Origin: the human T2T-CHM13v2.0 reference genome, Homo sapiens
Strand: one strand, 5' to 3'
NCBI RefSeq assembly: GCF_009914755.1
Contig: NC_060947.1
Length of the DNA: 64,000 bases
Both the position numbers and the translations under genes were made by a program. The first letter of the stretch is position 1. Each line of letters opens with the position of its first letter. Under the pieces are notes generated by a model, which was not told the DNA's origin, ran no database searches, and saw only the letters and a list, made by a program, of their open reading frames with translations. Shown piece by piece: positions 27,850 to 41,761 of the stretch.

Positions 27850-30450
27850 TTATTAATTATTATTAATTTTTCAACTATCCAGCTTTTGATTTCATTGTTT
27901 TTTACTATAAATTTTATACTTTCATTTTCATTGAATTCTCTTCATCTCTGTAGCTTCCACTCTTGCACTTGGCTTGATATGCTATTCTTTCTCTTGAGCT
28001 TAAAGTGAAATAATTGATTTGAAGTCTTTCTTCTTCTCTTAAGTATTCTCATTAATACTAGAAATTTTCCTCTAACCATTGTTTTACTTTGTTCCCTTTT
28101 CATTTACAATGATTTCAGAACTAACTTTCTATTTGACTTCTTCTTTGCCATGGGTTATTTAGAAGTGTGGTGTTTATTTTTAAAGTGTTTGGGGATTATC
28201 TAGATATTTTTCTCTTATCAGTTTCTAGTTTCCTTAAATTACAATCAGTCTTATATCTGTGATTTCATTTCTTTTAAAACTGAGGTTTCTTTAGTGGCTC
28301 AGAATTTGGCCAGTTTTAAAGAAAGACAATGTGTTCTTGAAAAAAAGTATATTCTGCTGCTACTGGATGGATTTTCTATTAATAGGATTTAAGTCAATTT
28401 TAAAATAATGTTGTTTAGTAATTTTGTATCATCACTGATGTTATGTTTACTTGTTCTCTTGTACATTTGGATTGAGTATAGATAATCATTATGTTTTATC
28501 TCTACTAGGTAGAGATATACTTAGTAAACCTCTTTCCAAATTATTTTAGTGTTTGCCCTGGGGTTTATATTATACATCTTACTTTTATGCTGTCTATTGT
28601 TAAATAATGTTGTACTCCTTCATGTATAATGTAAGAATCTTACAAGAATATATTTTTAATTCCTCTCTTTGATGCTCTGCTATATTACTTTGTCACATTA
28701 TGTTCTTGAATATGCTATAAATCTGAATAAATTGTGAGCATTTTGATTTAGATCATAGATTATTTTGAGTGTTTGCATATTAGAAGACATGTATTTTATA
28801 TTTGCCTTGTATAGTAGGCAAAATTCTAAAGATTTCCCCCATGCTTCCCATCTCCCAATGATTTAAACACTTATCTATTTCCTCTGTTGGAGGGATTCGA
28901 TGATGTAATTAAAATGACTTACCAGCTGATCTTAAAATAGGAAGATTATCTTGGATCATCTAGGTAGCCCCAATGTAATCACATGAGTCCTTAAAAGCAT
29001 ATGAGGAAGGCAGAAGTGTCAGTCAGAGGGATGTAGTGAAAGAGGAAAGTGAAAGTGGTGACTCAGAAGGGGAAGTCAGAGCTATTACATGTATGAGAAA
29101 GATATGGATATGTTGTTATTGGTTCTGAGATGTAGGAGCCCGTCTGTGAGGACTCAGAAAAAGCCTTTAAGAGCTAAATCCTATCACTGGCTCACAACCA
29201 GACAAAAGGATGGAATCTCAGTCCTATAGGTGATAAAAACCTAATTCATATAATAACCTGACTGACCTTATAAATGGATTCTTCCCCTGAACCTTGAGTA
29301 AGGCTCTTCTGATGCAATGATTCTAGTGAGTCCTGTGTTAGACTGCTGGCCTACAGAAACTGTGAAACAGTAATTTGATTTGAATCAAGCAGTTTAGTCT
29401 GTTCCAATTTGTTACATCAGCAATATCAAATTATTGGACTTTCATTTTAGTTATTTCTGTTTCTTTTCATTTCTTTGTTTACATGCAAACTCCTGTCTGG
29501 TATCATATTGTTTCTATCTGAAACCCCCCTTTAAAAAAACATTTCTTTTAGTGCTGGTCTGCTGGTACTTTGTTCTCTTAGCTTTTGTTCATGTGTAACA
29601 AATTCTTTATTTTGCCTTTTTTCTGAAATGCATATATTTATGGGTATGGAATTCTGAGTTGGCACATTTTTTTTTCTTTAACTTCTATAAAGATGTCACC
29701 CATTTCTTTTCATTTGCATAGTTTCCTATAAAAAGTCTGATTTAAAAAAAATCTTTGTTCTTTTATACGTAATATAACTTTTAGCCTCTTGTTTTCTTCA
29801 ATAATTTGTTTTAGTCTTCATTTTGTAAGCATTTGGCCATTTTCTCTTCAAATAATTTTTGGCCATTTTCTTTTAAAAAATTTTTTCAGCCCTTTTTGCT
29901 CTCTCTTGTTTTTCTTATTCCAATTATGCATATGTTAAGCCTTTTGATATTTTCTCACAGTTCTTGGATGCTTTTTCTCACAGTTCTTGGATGCTTTTTT
30001 TTTCCTTTTTTCAATCTTTTTTTGTCTTTTTTACTCAATTTGGTGTTTTTATTAATCTACTTCAAGTTCACTGTTTCTTGTTTGTATTGAGTCTGTTGAT
30101 GTCACAGGCATTCATTTTTTCTTTGTCTTTTTAAAAAACTATTGTTTTAATTTTATACTTTCTTTTAGTTTACATCTCTGCTTAAATTCTCCTTTGTTCA
30201 TGCTGTTTTTTACCTTTTCCAATAGAATCTATAGTATATTAACTATGGTCCCCATGTGATACTTTTGATTTTGACATTATCTCTGAATCTGGTTCTATTG
30301 TTTTGTTTCTTGGCAATGGTTTGTTTTCCTTGCTTTACTGTGTGTCTTATAATGTTTTATTGAATGGTAATCACGTCTTGTAGAATAGAAGAAACTTAAG
30401 GGGACTATATTTGTGTCTTAAACTGGGCATGCTTCTTCTGCTCTAATCTT
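27850..30450 (-). mobile_element. Old L1M fragments (ORF2 5' part/ORF1), split by MLT1
   Basis: catgggttatttagaagtgtg, ggtatggaattctgagttggc, ggccattttctcttcaaata. Confidence 0.55.
28810..29437 (+). mobile_element. MLT1 (E/F/G-like) solo LTR
   Basis: tagtaggcaaaattctaaagat..., gatcttaaaataggaagattatc, caatgtaatcacatgagtccttaaaagc, ttgttacatcagcaata. Confidence 0.7.
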
Positions 30451-31842
30451 TATTATATCTTTTTTCTAGTAATTTTGGGTTTTGCTTACTCTTGCTTTTC
30501 TAGTTTTTTATGAGACATGAGACATTGTTAGATTTTTTATTTGAAGTTTTTTTTTTTGATGTAAGTACTTATAGCTGTAAACTTCCCTCTTAGTATTGCC
30601 TTTTCTGTATTCCATAGTTTTTGGTATGCTGTGTTTCCATTATCATTTGTTTCAAGAAATTTTTTCAATTTTTCAATTAATTTTTTCATTGACCCACTGG
30701 TCATTCAGGAGCATATTGTTTACTTTCCATGTATTTGTATAGTTTCTAAAATTTCTCTTGTTATTGATTTCTAGTTTTCTTTTATTGTGGCCAGAGAAGA
30801 TACTTGATATTATTACATTTTTTTCTGAGTGCTTTAAGGCTTGTTTTGTGACCTAACATGTTGTCTGGTCTTTCCCTGAGAGTGATCCATGTGCTGAGCA
30901 AAAGAATGTGTATTCTGCTGCTGTTGGCTAAAATGTTCTATAAGTATAGATTAGATCTATTTGTTCTATAGTGCAGATTAAAACTGATGTTTATTTGTTG
31001 ATTTTCTGTCTGAAAGATCTGTCCAATGCTGAAAGTGGGGTGTTAAAGTCTCCAGATACTATTCTATTGGGGTTTATTTCTCTCTTTAGCTCCAATAGTA
31101 TTTACTTTTCACACCTGGGTGTTCTGTTGTTGGATGCATATATATTTAAAATTGTTATATTCTCTTGCTGAATTGAGCCTTTTATCATCATATAGTGACC
31201 TCGTTTGTCTATTTTTATAGTTCTTGTCTTGAAATCTATTTAGTGTGATATAAGTATAGCAATGTTTGCTTTTTATGGTTTCCATTAGCATGGGATATCT
31301 TTTTATTTTTAGTCTGTGTGTGTCTTTATAGATGAATTGTGTTTCTTGTAGGCAGCAGATCAATGGTTCTTTTCTATTATTATTTCAATCACTCTATGTC
31401 TTTTGATTATACTGTTTAGTCCATTTTCATCCAACATTATTATTGATAAGTGAGGACTTATTTCTGTCATTTTGTTATTTGTTTTCTGAGCGTTTTGATG
31501 TCTTTTCATGCTTCTTTCTCTTTTTCCTGTGTTTTGTCACTGAAGGTAATTCTCTCTGGCAACATGATTTAGTTTCTTACTTTTTATTTTTGTGTGTTTG
31601 TTGTCATATTTTTTGGTTTGAGTTTACCATGAGGTACATATATGCTATCTTATAACCCATTATTATGAGGTGATAACAGCTTAACACCATTTGCATAAAT
31701 AAAGAAACAAACAACTAAAATAGAAACTAATAAAACTCCACATCTTAACTTTGTTTCCCCAGTTTTTATCTTTTTGTTGTTTCTATTTATATCTTATTGT
31801 ACTGTCTGATTATCTTGAAAAGTTGTTTTAGGTATTGTTTTT

Positions 31843-32662
31843 TATTATTATTATTATTATACTTTAAGTTTTAGGGTACATGTTCACAATGTGCAGGTTA
31901 GTTACATATGTATACATGTGCCATGCTGGTGCGCTGCACCCACTAACTCGTCATCTAGCATTAGGTATATCTCCCAGTGCTATCCCTCCCCCCTCCCCCC
32001 ACCCCACAACAGTCCCCAGAGTGTGATGTTCCCCTTCCTGTGTCCATGTGTTCTCATTGTTCAATTCTCACCTATAAGTGAGAATATGCAGTGTTTGGTT
32101 TTTTGTTCTTGCGATAGTTTACTGAGAATGATGATTTCCAATTTCATCCATGTCCCTACAAAGGACGTGAACTCATCATTTTTTATGGCTGCATAGTATT
32201 CCATGGTGTATATGTGCCACATTTTCTTAATCCAGTCTATCATTGTTGGACATTTGGGTTGGTTCCAAGTCTTTGCTATTGTGAATAATGCCACAATAAA
32301 CATACGTGTGCATGTGTCTTTATAGCAGCATGATTTATAGTCCTTTGGGTATATACCCAGTAATGGACACTTCTCAAAAGAAGACATTTATGCAGCCAAA
32401 AAGCACATGAAAAAATGCTCACCATCACTGGCCATCAGAGAAATGCAAATCAAAACCACAATGAGATACCATCTCACACCAGTTAGAATGGCAATCATTA
32501 AAAAGTCAGGAAACAACAGGTGCTGGAGAGCATGTGGAGAAATAGGAACACTTTTACACTGTTGGTGGGACTGTAAACTAGTTCAACCATTGTGGAATTC
32601 AGTGTGGCGATTCCTCAGGGATCTAGAACTAGAAATACCATTTGACCCAGCCATCCCATTAC
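31843..32662 (-). mobile_element. L1PA2-like insertion with 5' inversion (31843-32366 minus, 32367-32662 plus)
   Basis: gcaggttagttacat and cccactaactcgtcatctagc (GAG, not L1HS-Ta ACA); TSD taggtattgttttt at 31829-31842 and 32663-32676. Confidence 0.95.
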
Positions 32663-34524
32663 TAGGTATTGTTTTTGATTGGTTCATTGTTTAGTCTTTC
32701 TACTTAGGATAAGAGTAGTTGACATACCACAGTTAACAGTGTTATTACAGTCTGTGTTTTTCTGTGTACTTATTATTACCAGTTAGTTGTGTACCTTCAG
32801 GTTATTACTTATTGCTCCTTAATATCTATTTTCTTTCTGATTGAAATATGCCCTTTAACATTTCTTGTAGAACACGTCTGGTGTGGATGAAATCCCTCAG
32901 GTTTTGTTTGTCTCGGATAGTCATTATTTCTCCTTCATGTTTAAAGAATATTTTCACCAGATATATTACTCCAGGGAAGAAGTGGGGTTTTTTGTTTGTT
33001 TGTTTTGGTTTTATCCTTCAGCACTTTAAATATGCCATAGCATTCTCTCCTATTCTGTAAGGTTTCCACTAAAAATTTGCTGTCAGGCATATTGGAGCTC
33101 CATAGTATGTTGTAGGTTTCTTTTCTTCTGCTGCTTTTAGGATCCTTTCTTTAGCCTTGTTCTTTGGAAGTTTGATTATTAAATGCCTTGTGGTAGTCTT
33201 TTTTGGGTTAAATCTGTTTAGTTTTCTATAATATCCTTGTGCTTGGATACTGATAACTTTCTTTTGGTTTGGGAAGTTCTCTGTTATTGTCCCTTTGAAT
33301 AAACTTTCTCCTTCTGTCTCTTTCTCTACCTCCTCTTTAATGCCAATAACTCCTAGATTTGCCCTTTTGAGGCTATTTTATAGATCCTATAAGCATGTTT
33401 CATTTTGTAAACTATTTTTTTCTTTTGTTTTTCTGACTGTATTTTCAAGTAGCCTGATGTCAAGCTCACAGATTGTTTTTTCTTCTTGATAATTCTGCTT
33501 TTAAAGACTCTGATATATTCTTCATTATGCCAGTTGCATTTTTCCACTCCAGAATTTTTGCTTAATTATTTCAATGCATGTGTTAAATTATCTGATAAAA
33601 TTCTGAATTCCTTCTTTGTGTTATCTTGAATTTCTTTGTGTTTCTTCAATACAACTATTTTGAATTCTCTGTCAGAAAGTTCATATATCTTGATTTCTCC
33701 TGGATTGGTCTCTTGTGCCTTATTTAATTCAATTTGTGAGTTAATGTTTTCCTGAATTATCTTTATACTTGTCGGTGTTTGTGTCTAGTTATTAAAGAGT
33801 TGATTATTTATTATTGTCTTCATGGTTTGGTCTTGTTTGTACCTTCTTTCTTTTTTGGAAGGCTTTCAGATATTCTAAAGGACTTGGGCTTTGTGATTTA
33901 AGTTCTATCTGCTTTAATGGGAACCTCAAGCCCAGTAGTGCTGTGTTTATTATGGACTCATAGAGATACCTTTCTGATAGTTTTGGACAAGATATGGGAG
34001 AGTTCTCTGGATTACCATACTGAGACTCTTGTTCTTTTCCCTTACCTTCTCCCCCACAAAATAGAGTCTCTTTGTCTGTTCTGAGCCACCTATTACTGGG
34101 GGTGGAGTGACAAAAGCAGCCCTATGGCCAACCCCTTAAGACTGTGCTGAATGATAACTGAAGCCAGCACTGCATTGTGTCTCACCCAAGACCTGGTGTA
34201 ACCACTTCCTGGCTTCCACCCATATTTACTTAATGACCTGGGAATTTACAATCAGCAGTTGGCAAAGTCAGCCGAGTCTGTGTTTTTCCCTTCAAGGCAA
34301 CGAGGTCCCCTAGGCCTTGAGGAGGTTCTAAGTGCCATCCAGCAGCTAGGGACTAGCTAGGGACTAGAATCTAAAACCTTAGAAGTCTATCTGATGTTCT
34401 GTTCTATACTGCAGCAGACCTTCCCATTCTTCCATTCTTCCCTCCCATTTCCAAAGGCAAAGCTGCCTCTTCCTGTGGCCACAGCTACCTCAGCCCCATG
34501 TATATAGTACTGCCAGAATAATGA

Positions 34525-34975
<451 letters not shown>

Positions 34976-36186
34976 GCCAAGGGTTCTTAAGTTAGTTTTG
35001 GTGAATAATACTTGGCCTGGGACTCATTCTTCAGGGAAGTTGACTCCCTTCTGGCCCAGGGCAGGTCCAGAAATGCTGTCCAAGGGCCAAGTCCTCAAAT
35101 CAGGAACCCTAAGATCCCACTTGGTGCTCCCCCACCCTGTAGCTAAGCTGGTGACTATAGTTCAAGACAAAATTTCCTTTACTTTTCCCTCTGCTTTTCT
35201 CAATCTGAAGGAGTCTCTCAGTGTAGTCACCACAGCTCGCAATATGTTGGGTCTCACCTGAAGCCAGCACACTACAGAGTCTCACCCAAGGCCCTCAGTG
35301 TACTACCTTGGTATCACTGCTGGTTATTCAGGGCCCAAGGTCTCTTTATTCAGCAGGTGATGGGTTCTGTTAGGTTTGAGCTCTTGCCTTTAAGGAAATT
35401 GGTTTCCTTTTGGCTCAGGATATGTCTAGAAACGTTTTTTGGGAGGTAGGGCATGGAATGGTTGCCTCACAACCCTAACCTGTGTTCTGTTCTACAGTGG
35501 CTGAGCATGTATCCAAGATGCCAGACAAAGTCCTTTTTACTCTTCTTCCTTTCTCAAGCAGGAGCAAGGGATCTCTTTTGGAGCTGCAAGCTGTGCCACC
35601 TGGGGTTGGGAGAGAGGTGGCACAATCCCTCCCTTATCCACCTGGGCTGTTGTCTCAGTGGGTTACATGCCCCTTAAGTCCACTGGCTTTGAGCCCAGCT
35701 CTGCACTAGGACTTGCTTAAGGATTGCAGTTCTTGTGGCCTAGGCTTCCTTTCAAGTTTGTTTAGGGCCTCAGATAATTGTAGTCCATGATCATGAAGCT
35801 TGCCATAATTAAAGATCTGACTGATGGGAAGGGAGATTTCCCTCTGGCTAGGGTTGGTCTAAATTCTCCCTCTGTAGGCAGGCATCAGTTGCATTCAGCC
35901 CGGTTTTCCTTACCGCTGTGACAGGGCAGCACTAAATTCAATGCCAAGTCTCACAATCTCCATGCTGTTTCTCTCCCAAGCCCACAGACTCTCTGTCTAC
36001 ACCACAGTGCTGCTATCACAGGATGGGGCAACGGTGGTGTCAGTGATTAAAAACTGTCTTTCTTACCCTCTTCAGTGCCTCTTTCAGTGATGTGACATTA
36101 AAACCAGGTACTCTGAATTCTCACCTTATTTTTGGTTCTTATTAATGTGCTTCTTTTGTGAAGACAGTTGTTGAAGTTGTTGTTCC

Positions 36187-36214
<28 letters not shown>
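36187..36214. repeat. (TG)n microsatellite
   Basis: tgtgtgtg run. Confidence 0.95.
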
Positions 36215-36218
<4 letters not shown>

Positions 36219-38383
36219 GGGGGATGATAGGTGGATCCTTATATTCAGCCATCTTGCCCAGCCCCCTCTCTAAAAGGTTTTTTTTAGTCAACAGGTGATG
36301 AATACTGCCAGGACAGAGTCCTTCCCTTCAAGGTAGTGGGTTCCCTTCTTGCCCGGGTTGTGTATAGAAATGTCATCCAGGAATTAGTGCCTGGAATGGG
36401 GGGCCTTGCCACTCTGTCTGGGACCCTATCCTACGTGACTGAGCTGATACACAGCTCTGTTGCAAGACAGATTCCTTTTTACTCTTCTCTCTCCTCTCTT
36501 CAAGCAGAAGGATGGTACTCTTGGAGCTGAAGCTCCACCACCTGGTATTGGGGAAAGGGTCATGCAAGCACTTCCTCAGCTGGCCCACACAGGTTGTGTA
36601 CCTCCCTAGTCCACTGGCTCTAAGCTCAGCACAGCACTAGGAACTACATAAGAATTTCAGTCCTTGTGGCCTAAACTGCCTTTTGAGTTCATTCAGAACC
36701 CCAGAGCAATTTAGCCTACAGGGTCAAGGCTTACCAATGTCAATTTTTGAATGTTAAAATGGGAAATTCCCTTCTGGCTAGGGCTGATCTAAATGCTCTC
36801 TTTGTGGGTGTTGGTGTTGGCAGCACTAAACTCCCATAATAGCTATGCTTTCCCTCCTGCCAGCACATAGATTCTCTCTCCACACCAGGTGGCTGCTGCC
36901 AGGGGATGGGGCAGAGGTGGGGTTGACAATTCAAGACTGTCTTTCCTACCCACTACAGTGCCTATTTCAACATATGAAGTTAAAACTAGGTCTTGTGATT
37001 GCTCACCTGATTTTTGATTCTTATGAGTGTACTTTTTGTGTAGATAGTTGTCAAATTTGGTGTTCCTACAGGGAAGACAATTGTTGGAGACTTCCATTGA
37101 GTCATCTTGCCCCACCTCATGACCTAGTTTTAAAAGCCAGATCATATTTAACCTATTGTTCTAGGACTTGAAATAGGCTTTTAAAGTTACAGAATACTTA
37201 CTATCAGGAAATTTATCTTTTAAACTGATTGAAATTTGTTTTGCCATGTTGTTTTTCTGGCTAAATATCTAGGTTTTCCTATCCAAAGTCAAATGCATGT
37301 TAACATGAATAAATAGCAGCTTATAGTTTATTATATAAAATATTTCTGCTTTGCAAGTTCTTTAATCCTTAATATAGATATTTTGTGCAACTCTCCCACC
37401 TATAATTATCAGCTTTGTACTTTTAGTAGTTTTCTGTTTAAAAAAATCTATAGTTTATTTTTGGTTAAAAAATATATCTGTGTCTCTTAGATGGAAGGTC
37501 TTCAGAGTTTTTTCAACTTTCTAGTTCCTGTCAGTGATTGTGTTTCTCTAACTCTTACCTTTCTTTTTCCTTTTCATCTGCATATCTCTTATGTTTACCT
37601 TTACTCCGTGCTGACTAGTGCTCCTGGCACCTTTCTATTTCAATGCTTATATTAAAAAAAACTTTATTCCTTATAACATTCCTCTTTAAATTACTATTCT
37701 GTTACTATAGACTATAAAACCAATTATAAATTTTTTTGGTTAATGAAAAAATATGGGCAATGACTTCCCAATGGTGTATACCATAAGCTGCTCAGTGGTT
37801 AACTTCTTGGTTTTGAGAAAATAAATCATCTTCAGTTCTTCGTTTTGCCTACCTTGGCAGAACCTCATAATTAAAAAATTTGTTTAATTTTGGGGTTATC
37901 TAGGTTCTGGTGTTTCCTGAGAATAAGGTACTATCATTGATGCCTTCTTGCCAGATAGTATGATCTCTTGATTTTTCTTATAAAACATAATATATAAGCA
38001 TACATATCAATAATTCAGGATCTATGGCATAAGTCAGTCACATGGTCTGTTCTAGAAGATGGAGTAGCTCCTTCTACTTTCATACTTAAGATCTAATTTA
38101 TAAAATATTATTCAGCATATTTCTATGTAACTCTCATGTACTTCATAAAGGAAAAGTACAGAATATACTCTTTGGTATAAATTAATGTAGAGCCTTTTTG
38201 ACAAACTTATTACCATGCACATATTCAAATATTAAAAGTGAACTAACTGTGTTAAATAGTTGAGCACCTTACTCAAAGGTAAACTACATCACAGTAACGT
38301 CATCATTTTCTTAAATAAATCTGTTTTCAAGTGAGATACCTGATCTACTGAAGAAAACATTTTCTTTATTGATTTTTATACAG

Positions 38384-38421
38384 GCACCTTGACAAAATGA
38401 CTATATTATCTAGACGGATAA
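38384..38421 (+). CDS. Candidate 38-nt internal exon of an unidentified gene (only open frame: HLDKMTILSRRI)
   Basis: ttttctttattgatttttatacag|GCACC...GGATAA|gtgagt; AG-free zone upstream; lies in non-repetitive DNA; one of three frames open. Confidence 0.45.
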
Positions 38422-38724
38422 GTGAGTATTCATTACTTTTGAACTATAATTATGTCAAGATTCATTATCTTAGGTGGAACTTGATAGTGTTTAGGAAATC
38501 TTATATTCTGCCTCCAAAAAGCAAGCTTGTTAATGGGGAGTAGAATTTATTTGTAATAATATACTCAGATTTGTAGAGGATTATTAAAATGATCTTGAAG
38601 AAATAGAAAAAATTAAGAAAAATATAATATTGTGACCATTTAAAAGGTCTTGAGAAAAATAACTCTCTTGGATATGTCTAATGTTTGTGAAAGTATTCTT
38701 CATATCTCTTGTAATAAATCTGAA

Positions 38725-38790
38725 GAGGAGATGTTATCCCATTTTGCAGGTGAGGAAATCAAAGTTTAGAGTTTCCCATTTGTCCCTTGA
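38725..38790 (-). mobile_element. MIR core fragment
   Basis: ttatcccattttgcaggtgaggaaatcaaagtttagag. Confidence 0.6.
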
Positions 38791-39519
38791 TATTCTGTTC
38801 AGTATCTTTTTTTACCACCTTCACAACAGATTTTTTAGTTTGATGACAATTTAATTTTATCTAATTTGACAATGGAGAGCTGGCCACTGCTATTTATGTA
38901 ACAGCAGAGGGATCAGGTAGTGTTGTTGAAAGTCCTACAAATTCTGCTTTCCATAAAATTTTGAGGGGAATACAGCTCAAGATAGCAGTGCTCATCAGCA
39001 AAATGAGTTAATTCATACTCTCATTTAAGGTGAGCTGTACCTAGCAGGGTAATCCCAAAAGGCATTTTAGGATGGTTGAATGTAAATAAGGAAAAATTAT
39101 AGAAGATTTTCTCTATGTTTTTGATACAAAATCTCGGCCATCATTTGGCAAAGAATAGCAAGGTTTCTTGAATTTGTCTATTCCTTACAATTCTGTATCT
39201 TTTTTTCTATACAAAGCCTTCTTTGTGAGGAAACAAAGTGAATAGGTCCATAAAATGTTAGATCACCTTGAAATCTTCTAAAACACTCTATCAGTGACTG
39301 TTGTCACCCACTCTTATTAGTCTTTTCTGGAAAAGATCTTAAGACAAATCAGACTAAGAGAATCTCTTCATCTGAAGAAAGAGAAGCTCTGTTGCTATCA
39401 GAATGTGGATTTGAGTTTCATGAAGGAATTCAACTTTTCCCCTTTGAAATGACATTTCAAGCATTTCTGGGATGAAATTAGCAGATGCAAACCTATTATG
39501 GGTCCAACTACCTTGTCTT

Positions 39520-39920
39520 CATGTTGTTTAATTATTATGACAACACTGTGAATGAATATTGTTGCTCCCATTTTACATAGGCGAGAACTAAAGTTCTGAC
39601 AGATAAAGTGACTTTGTCAAAGTAGGTGATAGAGCTGAAACTTGAAATCAGATTTATATGTCTCCAGATCACCTTGGTCTGGTGGCAGAACTGGACTTCA
39701 TAGTTCACGACTAATAATACTAATAATACTCTGTCATATTTTTGACTGCTCAGTGTATTTATGTTTTATTTTCCTGAGCTGCCTTACTCAGCACAGTAAC
39801 CCCACAATTTGTAAAGTATAGTAATTGACTTTGTTTTATAAGTGAGAACCCTGAAGATTTGCACAAGATTATACATCCAAGGAGTAACTAAAGCACTATT
39901 TTAATGTAAATCTTTCTCTC
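39520..39920 (-). mobile_element. Two MIR fragments
   Basis: ctcccattttacataggcgagaactaaag...tagagctgaaacttgaa; gttttataagtgagaaccctgaag. Confidence 0.55.
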
Positions 39921-39993
39921 CCCTCATCCTGTAACCGGTATTATGTACCACATGGACCTTATAGAGTGACAGCAGCCATTTAACTGCCTACTG

Positions 39994-41761
39994 ATTTATT
40001 TTATTTTATTTTATTTCAGGTTCAGGGGTACATGTGCAGTTTTGTTATATAGGTAAACTTGTGTCCTGGGGGTTAGTTGTACAGATTATTTCATCACCCA
40101 GGTACTAAGCATAGTATCCAATAATTATTTTTTTTCTGATCCTCTCCCTCCTCCCACACTCTACCCTCAACTAGGCCACAGTGTCTGTTGTCTCCCTCAT
40201 TGTGTCCATGAGTTCTCATCATTTAGCTCCCATTTATAAGTGAGAATATATGGTATTCGTTCTGTTTCTACATTAGTTTGCTAAGGATAATGGCCTCCAG
40301 CTCCATCCATGTTCCCCAAAACACATGATCTCATTCTTGTTTATAGCTGCATAATATTCCATGGTGTATCTGAACCATATTTTTTTAATTCAATCTGTCA
40401 TTGATGGACATTTAGGTTTATTCCATGTCTTTGTTATTGTGAATAATGCTGTAATGAACATTCACATGCATGTGTCTTCATAGTAGAAAGATTTATATTC
40501 CTTTGGGCATGTACCCAGTACTGGGATTGCTGGGTCAAACTGCAGTTCTGTTTTCAGATCTTTGAGGAATCGCCACATTGTTTTCCGCAATGATTTAACT
40601 ACTTCACACTCCCATCTACAGTGTATAAGCTTTCCCTTTTCTCCACAAGCTCACCAACATCTGTTATTCTTTGACTTGTTATAGCCATTCTGACTGGTGT
40701 AAGGTTGTATCTCATTGGGATTTTGATTTGCATTTCTTTAATGATGAGTGATACTGAGCATTTTTTCATATGCCTCTTGGCTGATGTATGTCTTCTTTTG
40801 AAGTGTCTGCTCATGTCCTTTGCCCACTTTTTAATGGGGTTGCTTGCTTTTTACTTGTAAATTTCTTTAAGTTCCTTATAGATGCTACATATTAAAACTT
40901 TGTCAGATGTATAATTTGTATTTTTTTCTCATTCTATAGGATGCCTGTTTACTCTGTTGGTAGTTTCTTTCACTGTGTAGAAAATATTAAGTTTAATTAC
41001 ATTTCATTTGTCAAGTTTTGCTTTTGTGGCAATCGCTTTTGGTGTCTTTGTCATGTAATCTTTGCCTATTTCTATGTCCACAATGGTATTGCCTAGGTTG
41101 TCCTCTTCGGTTTTTATAGTTTTTGGTTTTACATTTAATTCTTTAACTGACCTTGGAGTTGATTTCTGTATATGGTGTGAGAAAGGTGTCCAATTTCGAT
41201 CTTCTGCATTTGGCTAGCCAGTTATCGCAGCACCAATCATTCAATAGGGAGTTCTTTCCCCATTGTTTTAAACTGCTTTGTTGAAGATCAAATGGTTGAA
41301 GGTGTATGTCATTATTTCTGGGCTCTTTATTCTATTCCATTGGTTTGTGTGTCTATTTTTTGTACCAGTACCATGCTGTTTTGGTTATTGTAGCCCTGTA
41401 GTATAGTCTGAAGTTGAGTAGTATGACACCTACAACTTTGTTCTTTTTGCTTAGGATTGCCTTGGCTATTTAGGCTCTTTTTTTTGTTGTTGTTGTTCCA
41501 TACGAATTCTAAAATAGTTTTTTTTTTCTACTTCTATGAATAGTATCATTGGTAGTTTGATAGGAATAGCATTGAGTCTGTAAATTTCTTTGGGCAGTAT
41601 GGCCATTTTAATGATGTTGATTCTTTCTAGCTACAAGCACGAGATGTTTTTCCATTTGTTTGTGTCTTCTCTGATTTATTTTAGCAGTGTTTTGTAATTC
41701 TCATCGTTGAACTTTCTCCTCTCTGTTCAGCTGTATTCCTAGGTATTTTATTCTTTTTATG
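39994..41761 (-). mobile_element. 5'-truncated L1PA (PA11-13-like)
   Basis: ttcaggggtacatgtgcag...; diverged TSD taactg(cc/gt)tactg at 39981 and 41762. Confidence 0.9.
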
